Shown one piece after another: positions 32,462 through 43,406 of a stretch of 64,000 bases of DNA (the first letter of the stretch is position 1; the number at the start of each line of letters is the position of its first letter). Under the pieces are notes generated by a model. That model was not told the DNA's origin. It searched no databases and was given only the letters and a program-made list of their open reading frames with translations. The translations under genes and the position numbers were made by a program. The stretch is from assembly GCA_034530615.2 (NCBI GenBank), contig JAVRCV020000079.1, positions 32,001 to 96,000 on the forward strand. The letters are read 5' to 3'. Source of the DNA: Aulosira sp. ZfuVER01 (lineage in GTDB: Bacteria > Cyanobacteriota > Cyanobacteriia > Cyanobacteriales > Nostocaceae).

Positions 32462-33367
32462 TTAATTCATCAATAAATTAATTAATGCCTCTGTAATAGG
32501 AAAACCAGTTTGTTTTTCAAAATACAAAAACATGGGGCTGGGATTTGCTTCGAGGAATATGTATTCACCTGTTGGTTTTAAGCGCCAATCAATTGCTGTC
32601 CACTCTAGCTTCAAAGCTTTAGTAATGGCTAGACACTGCTGTTTTACAGACTCAGGTAGTTCTAGGGGAATTAACTCAGCTTCTGTGTCTTCGCGAAAAT
32701 CTAAAGCAGCACTACGGATTTCGGCAGAGTAAACTGCATCAGCTATGACATAGCTACGAATGTTTGTGCCAAGAATGTATTCTTGGAGAGTAACAGGCGA
32801 AATTTTTAGGGACAAATTCAATCGTTTAGATTCTAAATGAGACTCTGTAACTAACTGGGTATGAGCGCCACCATACACAGGTTTAAAAATCGTTTTCTCC
32901 TGAGATTTAGCAAACTCTGTAATTTCTTTTGTATCGTTACTAATCAGAGTGGCTGGAATGTTGACTCCAATTTGTTTAACTGCTCTCAGTTGTAAGGGTT
33001 TCTCTTTATGAAATTCGTAAGCTTGCCAAGAATTTACCCAGCGGCATGGACAAGCTTGCATGAGCGATCGCAATGTACTCATTGAATCATTCATAGCGAT
33101 TCTTTGTTGTTCGGCATCCTGTAAATCAGGAATATAAACCCCAGTCAACTGACGCCAAAATACACTTTTAATATCTGTGAAATTTAAACGATGCTCTCCT
33201 GGTAAAAAGAATGTTCCCATTTCCGTATCGGGTCGCCAAGACATTTGCAACTGAGAGGGAAATAGAGCAGTATCTAAATAATCTACTGTTGCGCCTGCTT
33301 GTGTTAGAGCTTGTTTGATATGTGCAGCATGTGCATCTTCCGCATTACCCAAAATTAAAATATTCAT
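32462..33367 (-). CDS. ATP-grasp peptide maturase (RimK/MvdD-like graspetide synthetase)
   Basis: KPLQL, IPATLISN, FKPVYGG, LQEYI, DFR, AIDW, FLEANPSP. Confidence 0.9.
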   Translation of the reverse strand: MNILILGNAEDAHAAHIKQALTQAGATVDYLDTALFPSQLQMSWRPDTEMGTFFLPGEHRLNFTDIKSVFWRQLTGVYIPDLQDAEQQRIAMNDSMSTLRSLMQACPCRWVNSWQAYEFHKEKPLQLRAVKQIGVNIPATLISNDTKEITEFAKSQEKTIFKPVYGGAHTQLVTESHLESKRLNLSLKISPVTLQEYILGTNIRSYVIADAVYSAEIRSAALDFREDTEAELIPLELPESVKQQCLAITKALKLEWTAIDWRLKPTGEYIFLEANPSPMFLYFEKQTGFPITEALINLLMN

Positions 33368-33937
33368 CTGTTTTGAAATAGTGACGAGAAGCTAGGTAAT
33401 ATATAACCAAGAATTAATCCTAATTCTTAACAAGATAACCAATTATCTATAGTAAATAAGATTTGAGGTTATACATTAAATTTTTCTTTAATTTAAAATC
33501 TAACTGTTTTGCTCACAATTTTGTGGTCATTGTGGCGTAAAAATGCTGACTAATTGTAAGTTTATATGGTAAATGCCGCTTAAATCTACATGGAAGGCAA
33601 AACAAAATCTGTTTCTCAGCGTTTATGGAAGAATCAAAAGTTTGGATAAGTTTGTAGTGAGTTAGCGCGGTGAGTCCAGCACTGCGGGAAGCTGCTTCGC
33701 GTCTACAGTGCTGGAAAATACAGGAATAAAGTCCTGACTCCAAACTTATTTCAATCCTCAGAGCTAATGAATTCCGATTCGGCTATAGTAGCTTAAAGAC
33801 ACATCTCCCCGATCTCCTCAGCCTATTGGCCGGAGATTATGCCATCTTGTCTTCAATTGGATACTATTGATGCTAGATAATGGGAAAGCTTTGACATTTA
33901 CTTGCCCATCTAGAGCGGAAGAACAGAATTAACTACT

Positions 33938-35725
33938 ATGCGAACTCACTATTGCGGCGCACTCCGAAAAGAAGATATTGGAGAAACTGTTACCTTGTAC
34001 GGATGGGTAGACCGTCGCCGCGATCATGGGGGCGTGATATTTTTAGATTTGCGCGATCGCTCTGGCATTGTCCAAATTGTTAGCGATCCGCAACGCACCC
34101 CAGATTCCTATGCGCAGGCGAATGCTCTGCGGAATGAATACGTTGTCGAAATTACTGGTAGGGTGACGCAACGTCCCGACGAATCCCTAAATCCTCGCTT
34201 ACCCACAGGCGAAGTAGAAATCTACGCGGATAAGATTGAATTGCTCAACGGTGTCCGCAAACAATTACCTTTCCAAGTTTCCACAGCTGACACTGAGACG
34301 GTGCGGGAAGACTTGCGGCTGAAGTATCGGTACTTAGATTTGCGCCGCGAACGGATGGCGCGCAACATGCAATTGCGTCATCAAGTTGTTAAATCCATGC
34401 GCCGCTACTTGGAAGACGTAGAAGGTTTTATTGAAATTGAAACCCCTATACTTACCCGTTCTACCCCAGAAGGAGCGCGGGATTACATCCTCCCCAGTCG
34501 CGTCAACCCTGGTGAGTGGTTTGCTTTACCGCAATCACCGCAGCTATTTAAACAATTGCTGATGGTATCTGGTATGGACAGATACTATCAGATTGCTCGT
34601 TGCTTCCGCGATGAAGACTTACGCGCCGACAGACAGCCAGAATTTACTCAGTTGGACATGGAAATGAGTTTCATGTCTCAAGAAGAAATTATCGAACTCA
34701 ATGAGAAGTTAGTTTCTTATATTTTCAAAAGCGTCAAAGGAATTGAGTTACATCATCCTTTCCCCCGTCTTACCTACGCCGAAGCGATGGAACGCTATGG
34801 TAGTGATAAACCAGATACCCGCTACGGTTTGGAACTAGTTAATGTCTCTGATGTCTTAAAAGATTCTGGCTTCAAAGTCTTTCGCGATGCTGTAGCCAAC
34901 GGTGGTATAGTTAAAATTCTGCCTATTCCCAATGGTAACGATGCAATTTCCAATGTCCGCATCAAACCAGGCGGCGACATCTTTAAAGAAGCCAGTGAAG
35001 CAGGGGCTAAGGGTTTAGCTTACATCCGCGTCAGGGAAGATGGTGAAATTGACACCATTGGCGCAATTAAAGACAACCTCAGCGCCGAACAAAAAGCAGA
35101 AATTTTACGCCGTACAGGTGCAAAAGCTGGTCATTTGTTGCTATTTGGGGCTGGCGATGCGCCTACAGTTAATAAAACTCTAGATAGATTGCGCCAATTT
35201 GTTGCTAAGGAGTTTGGGTTAATCGATCCTGAAAAAATCAACTTGCTCTGGATTACCGATTTCCCCATGTTCGAGTGGAATGCTGATGAAAAACGCTTAG
35301 AAGCATTGCATCACCCATTTACTGCACCCCATCCAGATGATTTGCATGACTTAAAAACAGCCCGCGCCCAAGCTTACGATTTAGTATTCAATGGCTTTGA
35401 AGTTGGCGGTGGTAGTCGGCGGATTTATCAGCGAGATATTCAAGAACAAGTGTTTGAAGCTATAGGTTTATCTCCCGAAGAAGCACAAAATAAATTTGGC
35501 TTTCTCTTGGAAGCATTTGAATATGGTACACCCCCTCATGGTGGCATCGCCTATGGTTTAGATCGGTTGGTGATGTTATTCGCTGGGGAAGAATCTATTC
35601 GGGATGTCATCGCTTTTCCGAAGACACAGCAAGCCCGTTGTCTGTTGACGGATGCGCCTTCTGGAGTAGATGCGAAGCAGTTGAAAGAATTGCACGTTGC
35701 TTCCACTCACAAGCCAAAAACTTAG
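33938..35725 (+). CDS. aspS: Aspartate--tRNA ligase
   Basis: [44 protein letters not shown]. Confidence 0.98.
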   Translation: MRTHYCGALRKEDIGETVTLYGWVDRRRDHGGVIFLDLRDRSGIVQIVSDPQRTPDSYAQANALRNEYVVEITGRVTQRPDESLNPRLPTGEVEIYADKIELLNGVRKQLPFQVSTADTETVREDLRLKYRYLDLRRERMARNMQLRHQVVKSMRRYLEDVEGFIEIETPILTRSTPEGARDYILPSRVNPGEWFALPQSPQLFKQLLMVSGMDRYYQIARCFRDEDLRADRQPEFTQLDMEMSFMSQEEIIELNEKLVSYIFKSVKGIELHHPFPRLTYAEAMERYGSDKPDTRYGLELVNVSDVLKDSGFKVFRDAVANGGIVKILPIPNGNDAISNVRIKPGGDIFKEASEAGAKGLAYIRVREDGEIDTIGAIKDNLSAEQKAEILRRTGAKAGHLLLFGAGDAPTVNKTLDRLRQFVAKEFGLIDPEKINLLWITDFPMFEWNADEKRLEALHHPFTAPHPDDLHDLKTARAQAYDLVFNGFEVGGGSRRIYQRDIQEQVFEAIGLSPEEAQNKFGFLLEAFEYGTPPHGGIAYGLDRLVMLFAGEESIRDVIAFPKTQQARCLLTDAPSGVDAKQLKELHVASTHKPKT

Positions 35726-35979
35726 GCAATAATTCGTAATTCGTAGTTGCAATCAGTGCTTGCTCTGTCCTTGCACGTAGAAGCGCCAGGTTCATTAAAA
35801 ATTTAGTGGTTGTTCTGTTCCACTTAATTACGAATTACGAATTAAACCTCATTAAGAACAAGGAACAGGGAAGAGCATAGGATTGGGGAGTAAAACCCGA
35901 TCGAGAAAAAACTATGGGTTTCAAAATAGACGCAGTTTACTAAGTATTTGCTGCTATTGCCCAATGACTATTGACAAAT

Positions 35980-36001
35980 AAAAACCCGCTACGGCGGGTT
36001 T
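35980..36001. terminator. Hairpin terminator downstream of pirA
   Basis: AAAAACCCGC-TACG-GCGGGTTT. Confidence 0.7.
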
Positions 36002-36035
36002 ACACACAACAAAACTATAACTCTGAAGATTTGAT

Positions 36036-36191
36036 TTAAGCGTAGTACCGCATTTCATCTTCCAATTGGCGAACTAGTTTGTCGTCGCCCTTGGCTCTGG
36101 CTACTTGCAAACGACGTTCTATATCTCTTTGAATATTTTGTCTGTGAGCTTCTTTAGCTTTATTAGCAGCTTGTAGTCTAGTTGTATTCAT
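36036..36191 (-). CDS. pirA: PII-interacting regulator of arginine synthesis PirA (51 aa)
   Basis: EAHRQNIQRDIERRLQVARAKGDDKLVRQLEDE resembles the recalled PirA/Ssr0692 pattern; NtcA box upstream. Confidence 0.75.
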   Translation of the reverse strand: MNTTRLQAANKAKEAHRQNIQRDIERRLQVARAKGDDKLVRQLEDEMRYYA

Positions 36192-36252
36192 AATGATTAC
36201 CTGGTTATCTGTCATCATCTTTGTCTTGTCTTCTTAATATAGCACAAATTTC

Positions 36253-36266
36253 GTAGTCTTTGTTAC
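36253..36266 (-). promoter_or_regulatory. NtcA binding site GTAACAAAGACTAC
   Basis: Exact GTA-N8-TAC, 11 nt upstream of a TG-n-TATATT -10 element (36236-36241). Confidence 0.8.
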
Positions 36267-36315
36267 AGAAAAATCTGCTTTATTATATATTTATAGATAC
36301 ACATCGTGTATACCA

Positions 36316-37158
36316 ATGGATTCACTACAAATCCTTGATGCCAAAGCAAGTATCCTCACCTTAATGAGCGATTTTGGCGATCGCGATGTGTATGTGGGTG
36401 TAATGAAAGGAGCGATCGCCCAAATCAACCCCAAGCTTACGGTGATAGACTTGACTCACCAGATTCCGCCACAAAGTATTGCCGCCGCTAGGTTTTGCTT
36501 AATGAATGCTTATGCTTATTTCCCTATGGGGACAGTGCATATAGCTGTGGTAGATCCGGGAGTGGGAAGCAAGCGACGCGCGATCGCAGTAGAATTTGCC
36601 CAAGGATTTCTAGTAGGGCCAGATAATGGCATCTTCAGTGGAATACTCAGTCAAAATCCCGCGATCGCAGCGGTTGAGTTAACAAATCGTAACTATTGGC
36701 GAACCTCCCAACCCAGCAGTACATTCCACGGTAGAGATATCTTTGCACCAGTGGGAGCTAATCTTGCTAGTGGTGTACCCATCCAAGAGCTAGGACAAGA
36801 AATAGATGCGGCAACTTTGGTACAGCTAAATTTAGGTGAATGCCAAAAAACAACAACTGGTGTAGTAGGTTGTATTCAATATATTGACCACTTCGGCAAC
36901 TTAGTCAGCAACATTCCTGGAGATTATGTCCAAGGTAAAACCTGGTGCGTACAAGTTCGTAGTTTGACTATACCAGGGTGTGCGACTTACAGCGATGTCG
37001 AGGTTGGAGAGGCGATCGCTTTAGTTGGAAGTCACGGTTGGGTAGAAATTGCCATCAATAGCGGTAATGCCAATTCACAATTACAGATCGAGTTGCAAGA
37101 TAGTCTAGAAGTCACGTCGCTTCACTCCGAATTCAAAATTAATGACGCCTATAAATAA
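36316..37158 (+). CDS. SAM hydrolase / chlorinase-fluorinase family (DUF62)
   Basis: SDFG, VVDPGVGS, GPDNG, STFHGRDIFAP, IDHFGN. Confidence 0.9.
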   Translation: MDSLQILDAKASILTLMSDFGDRDVYVGVMKGAIAQINPKLTVIDLTHQIPPQSIAAARFCLMNAYAYFPMGTVHIAVVDPGVGSKRRAIAVEFAQGFLVGPDNGIFSGILSQNPAIAAVELTNRNYWRTSQPSSTFHGRDIFAPVGANLASGVPIQELGQEIDAATLVQLNLGECQKTTTGVVGCIQYIDHFGNLVSNIPGDYVQGKTWCVQVRSLTIPGCATYSDVEVGEAIALVGSHGWVEIAINSGNANSQLQIELQDSLEVTSLHSEFKINDAYK

Positions 37159-37186
37159 ATTGCGCTGTGGTTGAAGCTGCGATCGC

Positions 37187-37726
37187 CTAATGCACAGGAC
37201 AAGTGATAATGCATCCTTGCGGCCATATCGATAACAGGTCTTCTCTCACCCAACCAGTAACATTATTTGGGAACTTAATGCGATACCAACGATATTGACC
37301 TGCTTGTTGATAGGAATCTTCAACAGTTACCAAATCACCTGACAGCGCATTATGTAGAACTTTGCTTTTTAAGTTGGGAGACGAACGTACATTAATTTTA
37401 TATCCGCGCTCCCCAGCAATGGTTGCATAACGCTTCTTGCTCGACTTAAAGCTGACTAAATCGCTCCGTATCCAACCGCTTGCTGTCCCTTCCACCTTTG
37501 GTTGGACAAAGTACCAGTAATCGCCATCATCTCCAACTGTAATATTCAAAACTTCAACATTACTGTCCAATGGTAAAATTTCCTCTACGCTTGCTGTCAA
37601 AGATGCACTTGTTCGCAGATTACTTCTACTTGTCAAGGTCGCCGGACGAGCCATTGCAGGTAATATTCCAGCCATCAATGTTGCAAAAGTCAACAATCCC
37701 GCTGTCAACTTTGTCATTAAACTCAT
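37187..37726 (-). CDS. Secreted protein with two bacterial SH3 domains
   Basis: Signal peptide; NLR...WYFV...GWIRSDLV and INVRSSP...WYRI...GWVREDLL. Confidence 0.85.
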   Translation of the reverse strand: MSLMTKLTAGLLTFATLMAGILPAMARPATLTSRSNLRTSASLTASVEEILPLDSNVEVLNITVGDDGDYWYFVQPKVEGTASGWIRSDLVSFKSSKKRYATIAGERGYKINVRSSPNLKSKVLHNALSGDLVTVEDSYQQAGQYRWYRIKFPNNVTGWVREDLLSIWPQGCIITCPVH

Positions 37727-38418
37727 ATATTCTCCAAAAGCCAGGTGATTAAAAAGTATAAAATTGAACTTTTAGCAACTTGAACTAAATACAAATACAT
37801 AACCAATCAAAGATTTTCCGAAAAAGTTGAGTTTTCTTTGAAGATGCGTTTGATATCATGTCCGCTGAATTAATTGCGTTATGTCCGTCGCAAGTGCAAC
37901 GTAGACGTGGAGCGGCTTCCCATTCGCCGTTAGGCGTTCTTGTAGGGTAGGGAAGCAATCCCAAGACAAACAGCGCGAGTAGCAAAGGCAGCCTTTCCCA
38001 AAAGCAACGTCTACATGAAGATGTATGAGCATAGCCACTTCCGAGATGAGCATAGTGGCTTCCGAAGTTAGAGTTGTGGCGAACGCTTATATATTAGTAA
38101 CTAATGCTTAAACAAAACTTATGAATAATGCGTAATTAGAAAAATTCTCAAGACCTGCTTTAAATGGCTATAAACTCAGCGATCGCATACTCTACTTGTC
38201 AAAGAATTTTAGCAGCGTGCGTAGACATCGCTCTTTTTTCAAAATTGCGATCGCCTTTTAATTCAGCTATGAGGTTTGCGATCGCTTTTTTGACGCAGTT
38301 ACACTCAGAACTGACTAAACCCGTATATTTTTTGATGTAGACGGCAAAAAACGATATCTTCAGAAATTGGATGCTGGATTTTCCTTGCCCAATGCCCAAT
38401 GCCCCATGCCCCATCCCT

Positions 38419-39483
38419 ATGACCAACTATTTCCGTTCTAATATTGATGCAATGGCTAGCTATGTCCCTGGCGAACAGCCGCCACGGGGGACACCAGTTA
38501 TCAAACTCAACAGCAACGAAAACGCTTATCCTCCCTCACCTGCGGCATTAGAAGTCCTGCGCAGTATTGATGGCGAATGGTTGCGACGCTATCCAGAACC
38601 CTTTGGCGGAGAATTTCGGCAAGCTGCAAGTAAAGTTTTAGGGGTTCCTAGCGATTGGATTGTTGTAGGTAATGGCAGTGACGAAATTTTAAGTATCGTC
38701 ATACGTGCTTGTACTGAAGCAGGACGTAAGGTAGTCTATCCTATGCCTACTTATGTGCTATATCGCACGTTAACAGAAATGCAGGCAGCAGATATTTTAG
38801 AAATTCCCTACCCAGAAGATTATAGTTTACCCTTGCAAGAACTAATTGCTGCTGATGGAGCAGTAACATTTATTGCCTCACCTAATAGTCCATCAGGTCA
38901 TGTAGTCCCAACTGAGGATCTGCGAAAATTAGCCAGTCAGTTATCTGGGGTTTTAGTAATTGATGAAGCCTACGTAGACTTTGCCGCAGAAAATGCTTTA
39001 GATTTAGTGCAGGAATACGAAAACGTCATCATTATTCGCACGCTTTCCAAAGGTTACTCCTTAGCTGGGTTGAGGTTAGGGTTTGGCGTAGCAAATCCCC
39101 AGTTATTGGATGGGTTGTTTAAGGTAAAAGATAGCTATAACATAGATGCGATCGCCTGTGCAGTTGCAACTGCTGCCATCACCGATCAAGCTTATAAAAA
39201 CGCTTGCGTAGCCAAGATTAAAGCCTCCAGAACTCAGCTAGCATCCGACTTAAAACAATTAGGTTTCCGTGTTTGGGACTCTCAAACTAATTTTTTATTA
39301 GCCCAACCTCCTCAAGGAAATGCAGAATACCTCTATCAAAAACTCAAAGAACAGAAAATTTTAATTCGCTACTTCAAACAGCCAGGATTGGAAGATAAAT
39401 TACGCATCACTGTTGGCACTGATGAACAGAATCACACTTTGGTGCAGGCGTTGAATAATTTGCTGGAAACTAGCAGATATTAA
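38419..39483 (+). CDS. hisC: Histidinol-phosphate aminotransferase
   Basis: KLNSNEN, GNGSDE, DEAY, RTLSKGYSLAGLRLG, RITVG. Confidence 0.95.
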   Translation: MTNYFRSNIDAMASYVPGEQPPRGTPVIKLNSNENAYPPSPAALEVLRSIDGEWLRRYPEPFGGEFRQAASKVLGVPSDWIVVGNGSDEILSIVIRACTEAGRKVVYPMPTYVLYRTLTEMQAADILEIPYPEDYSLPLQELIAADGAVTFIASPNSPSGHVVPTEDLRKLASQLSGVLVIDEAYVDFAAENALDLVQEYENVIIIRTLSKGYSLAGLRLGFGVANPQLLDGLFKVKDSYNIDAIACAVATAAITDQAYKNACVAKIKASRTQLASDLKQLGFRVWDSQTNFLLAQPPQGNAEYLYQKLKEQKILIRYFKQPGLEDKLRITVGTDEQNHTLVQALNNLLETSRY

Positions 39484-39607
39484 GTTAAAAGACAGAAATT
39501 TTTCATTTAGACTTCTGGCAAGCGCAAATTGCCTTAATTTACGTGAATTTAAGTATTTTTGAGGTAGCGAAACTAGTTTATTCGGTTTAAGACAGTTAAG
39601 GGCATCT

Positions 39608-40396
39608 ATGGTAAACGAGTCCATGTTTTCAGATATTCAAAACCATTGGGCAAAAACATCGATTCTTGCTGCCGCCCAGCGCAATATATTAAAAGGTTAT
39701 CCAGATGGTACTTTTCGCCCTGCTGCACCTGTGACTCGTGCTGAATTTGCGGCGATTATTTCGATTGGCTTACCAAAACAGCCGTCATCTCGTCCTGAAA
39801 TTAGCTTTAGCGATGTACCAGCTACTCACTGGGCGGTTAAGGCAATAGCCGAAGCATATCAGGCAAATTATCTGTCTGGATATCCCAATCGGATGTTCAA
39901 ACCTAATGAATTAATTCCGCGCGTGCAAGCTTTAACGGCTTTAGCTTCAGGTTTGAATTATGGCGTAACAGCAGACCCGATAAATACTGTGAAAAAATAT
40001 TATGATGATTTCGGGCAAATTCCCGGTTATGCTACACGTGCGATCGCAGCTGCAACAGAAAAGGGCATTGTTGTTAACTATCCAAACGTTAAACGCTTGC
40101 AGCCTAATCAAAATATTACAAGAGGCGAAATAGCCGCCTTGATTTGTCGAGTTCTGGAAATTCCTACTGTACCTCACAAGTATATTCTTGGTATAGAATT
40201 ATTCGTGATTCCACCACAATTTGACACTGCCGATGCTTTTGTAGAAGGTATGGCACGAGTGCAAATTAATAATAAGTGGGGATATATCGACAAAACCGGA
40301 AAATTTGTGATTCCGCCACAATTTGAGGAAGTTCATCCTTTTTCCGAAGGATTAGCATTAGTCCGAGAAAATCTCAATAAATCAAGCGCAACCTAA
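39608..40396 (+). CDS. S-layer homology (3x SLH) protein with WG repeat
   Basis: FSDIQNHWA, GYPDGTFRP, TRAEFA; KWGYIDKTG. Confidence 0.9.
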   Translation: MVNESMFSDIQNHWAKTSILAAAQRNILKGYPDGTFRPAAPVTRAEFAAIISIGLPKQPSSRPEISFSDVPATHWAVKAIAEAYQANYLSGYPNRMFKPNELIPRVQALTALASGLNYGVTADPINTVKKYYDDFGQIPGYATRAIAAATEKGIVVNYPNVKRLQPNQNITRGEIAALICRVLEIPTVPHKYILGIELFVIPPQFDTADAFVEGMARVQINNKWGYIDKTGKFVIPPQFEEVHPFSEGLALVRENLNKSSAT

Positions 40397-40399
40397 TTC

Positions 40400-42292
40400 A
40401 TGGAAATTCGTGGTATTTGGCTGACTACAACAGCTAGCAAAGTCTTTAACTCCAAACAAAATATTGCCGAAGCGATGAACTTTCTCGCTGAAACTGGATT
40501 TAATGTAGTGTTTCCTGTTGTTTGGAATAACGGCCTCACCACTTATCCTAGTCGAGTGATGCGAGAGAACTTTGGCATGGAAATAAATCCGCAATTTAAA
40601 GGTAGAGATCCTTTAGCCGAATTAGTTGTTGAAGCCAAACGAGTTAATCTTGCTGTCATCCCTTGGTTTGAATATGGCTTTGCTAGTTCTTATCAAAAAA
40701 ATGGTGGTACAATTATCGCCAAAAAACCAGAATGGGCAGCGCGAGACTATGCTGGTAATTTACTGACTAAAAATGGTTTTGAGTGGCTTAATGCTTTTGA
40801 TAGCGAAGTGCAAAACTTTTTATTAAGTTTATTTTTAGAAGTCGTTAAAAACTATCAAGTTGATGGTATTCAAGGAGACGATCGCTTTCCTGCTTTACCA
40901 AGTGAAGGTGGTTACGATCAAAAAACTGTGGAACGCTATCGCCAAGAATTTAATCAACTACCACCACAAAATTCCAAAGATCCACAATGGTTAAGGTGGC
41001 GGGCAGATATTCTTTCCAATTTTTTAACCCGCGTCTACCGTGAAGTTATTAATATCAATCCTGAATTAATTATCTCAATGGCTCCAAGTGCTTATCCTTG
41101 GAGTTATGAAAACTACCTCCAAGATTCTCAAGCTTGGGTTAACCTTGGGTTAGTCGATTTAATTCATCCCCAGTTATATTGGCGAGAATTTGAACTTTAC
41201 CAGAGAGATATAAATCGGCTTATCGCTAATCAATTTACGCAACAACAATTACCACAACTAATTCCTGGTGTGCTGTTAAAGCAAAATACATATCGGATAG
41301 ATCCAGCACATTTAACCCAAGCACTAAACTATAACCGTTCTGTTGGTATTCAAGGGGAAGTTTTCTTTTTCTATGAAGCCTTGCTAGAAGAAGATAAGCT
41401 TTTAGCTAAATTGCTCAAATCTGAATTCTATTCTAAAACTCCGAGAAACCTTGACATCAAAGCAATTAAAAATAATAGCTTTACCCATCGACGCATCAAT
41501 AGTAACTATGCTTACATCCATACATCGCAGCCAATTAACTTAAAGATACAATTTGATTGGGTTGAGCCATTCTCTGAAGGTATGGCAGTCGTCAAGATGG
41601 GTTACAAATACGGTTACATTGATAAAACAGGTCAACTTGTCAGCCGCCTTCAGTTTGATACTGCCGAACCTTTTACCGAAGGACTAGCCTTGGTAAGATT
41701 TAATAATAAATATGGCTATATCGATAAAACTGCTAACTGGATAATTAAGCCACAATTTGATTATGCTAAATCATTCTCTCAAGGACTGGCAGCCATAAAA
41801 TTAGCTAGTACATGGGGATATATAGATAAAACAGGTCAAATTATTATTGCTGCCAAATATGATGATGTCAAATCATTCTCTGAAGACTTAGCAGCCGTAA
41901 AATTAGCTAATAAATGGGGATATATAGATAAAACGGACAACATTATCATTCAAATTCAGTTAGATGATGCTACCAGCTTTTCTGAAGGTTTAGCCTTAGT
42001 TAAAATTGCTAATAAATTAGGTTATATAAATAAAACTGGAGAATTTGTTATCGAGCCGCAATTTTACGAAGCCGATATTTTTTCAGAAGGATTAGCCCCT
42101 GCCAAAATGGGAGGTAAATGGGGATATATTAATCAGTTTGGTGAGTTTATCATTCCCCGAGATTACGATTTTGCTAAACCTTTTGCAGAAGGCGTAGCAT
42201 TAGTTAACGTTGGTGGAGAGTTAAAACAAGATCCGGCACAAGGAACAGCCTACTTTACAGGTGGTAAATGGGGATATATTCGCAAGCCCTAA
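40400..42292 (+). CDS. GHL10/DUF187 glycoside-hydrolase-like protein with WG repeats
   Basis: EIRGIWLT, IPWFEYG, VDGIQGDDRF, PQLY; multiple FSEGLA...WGYIDKTG repeats. Confidence 0.85.
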   Translation: MEIRGIWLTTTASKVFNSKQNIAEAMNFLAETGFNVVFPVVWNNGLTTYPSRVMRENFGMEINPQFKGRDPLAELVVEAKRVNLAVIPWFEYGFASSYQKNGGTIIAKKPEWAARDYAGNLLTKNGFEWLNAFDSEVQNFLLSLFLEVVKNYQVDGIQGDDRFPALPSEGGYDQKTVERYRQEFNQLPPQNSKDPQWLRWRADILSNFLTRVYREVININPELIISMAPSAYPWSYENYLQDSQAWVNLGLVDLIHPQLYWREFELYQRDINRLIANQFTQQQLPQLIPGVLLKQNTYRIDPAHLTQALNYNRSVGIQGEVFFFYEALLEEDKLLAKLLKSEFYSKTPRNLDIKAIKNNSFTHRRINSNYAYIHTSQPINLKIQFDWVEPFSEGMAVVKMGYKYGYIDKTGQLVSRLQFDTAEPFTEGLALVRFNNKYGYIDKTANWIIKPQFDYAKSFSQGLAAIKLASTWGYIDKTGQIIIAAKYDDVKSFSEDLAAVKLANKWGYIDKTDNIIIQIQLDDATSFSEGLALVKIANKLGYINKTGEFVIEPQFYEADIFSEGLAPAKMGGKWGYINQFGEFIIPRDYDFAKPFAEGVALVNVGGELKQDPAQGTAYFTGGKWGYIRKP

Positions 42293-42332
42293 AAACATCT
42301 TGATTTGCTGGCTGGAAAAGAAGGCAAAAGAA

Positions 42333-42410
42333 AGGGTGTGTTATGCCGCAGGCTAACGCACCGAAAATCTCGGACGGTGCGTTATGGACGTTAGTCCTAA
42401 CGCAACCTAC
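42333..42410. repeat. REP doublet (REPIN-like)
   Basis: GGGTGTGTTA...TAACGCACC and GGTGCGTTA...TAACGCAACCTAC. Confidence 0.7.
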
Positions 42411-42514
42411 TGGCGTGGCAAGGCTAAAATAGTGCAATAAAAAATGTTCGTAGTTGCGCTTTAGCGCCCTAGAAATTAGAAATCTAATACACAAATTTAG
42501 CCTAGACACGCCAC
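42410..42514 (-). mobile_element. 105-bp MITE copy 3 (reverse orientation), flanked by TA
   Basis: Reverse complement of the copies at 20135 and 31623. Confidence 0.8.
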
Positions 42515-42579
42515 TACGCAGACTAATTATGAGCAAGCTTGTACTAACTACCTCACCGAAGTCTTCAACGAACAACAAT

Positions 42580-43406
42580 CACCAGAAGATAGCCGCGAAA
42601 AAGCCTAAGAATTTAATGCTTGTTTTGGAGCGTTGCGGGTGTTATGTCAACAACAACGGCAAATATCACTGCTAATTGCTGATGTGCATCCCGATTGCAA
42701 CCGCATTAATGCTTGGACACAATCAGGAGTTGCGACAAATCCGGTGTTTAGCTTCTTCAAAGAAATCTTTTTACCGCCTTTCTCGCAGGGAGAAACCCAA
42801 GAAATGCTGGTGAATCTGGGTAAATTGATGGGGTTAGAGTTTGATGCAGCCACACCGCAACAAATCCATTACCAAACTGGCGGACATCCGTTTGTATCTC
42901 GCCAATTAGCGCACTTTTTAACAGAAAAGGTAAAAGATAATCGTGGCAATCAGCAGATTGTATGGTCAATGGTAGAGCCATATTTAGCCAGAACAATAAC
43001 TCAAAGTGGCGAGTTAAAAAATTACCTAGAAAGAAGCATTTGGGAAGATTTAACAAAACGCGACTTTCAAGTTGCAATCTCTATTCTGCGCGTCATGGAC
43101 TGTAACGAACAATTCCGCAACAAAATACCACAAACAACCTTACTCAACCACTTGAAAAGCCAGTTCACAACCAACCAATGCTTAGACGCTTGTAATTGGC
43201 TCACAAATGTTGGATTGTTGGATCAGGAGGAAGTGGAGCATCAGGATTTCTACCATATCCGAATTCCTCTCTTATCACGGTGGATTCAAATGCAGATGAC
43301 AGCAGAGGAAAGCGAACAATGCCGGATTTTGATGGAGAACGACCCTTTGATAACTACCGCGTCGCCATTACAGACCCCTCCCACTTCTTCGGACGCAGCG
43401 ACTTAA
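42580..43406 (+). pseudogene. 5'-truncated AAA/STAND-like ATPase remnant
   Basis: TGGHPFVSRQL (GxP motif) and a wHTH-like tail but no Walker A; in-frame TAA at about 42605; starts next to the MITE. Confidence 0.65.

Noticed and set aside
36316..37158. Halogenase (fluorinase/chlorinase) activity
   Set aside because: Motifs fit the widespread DUF62 SAM hydrolase, and there is no biosynthetic context
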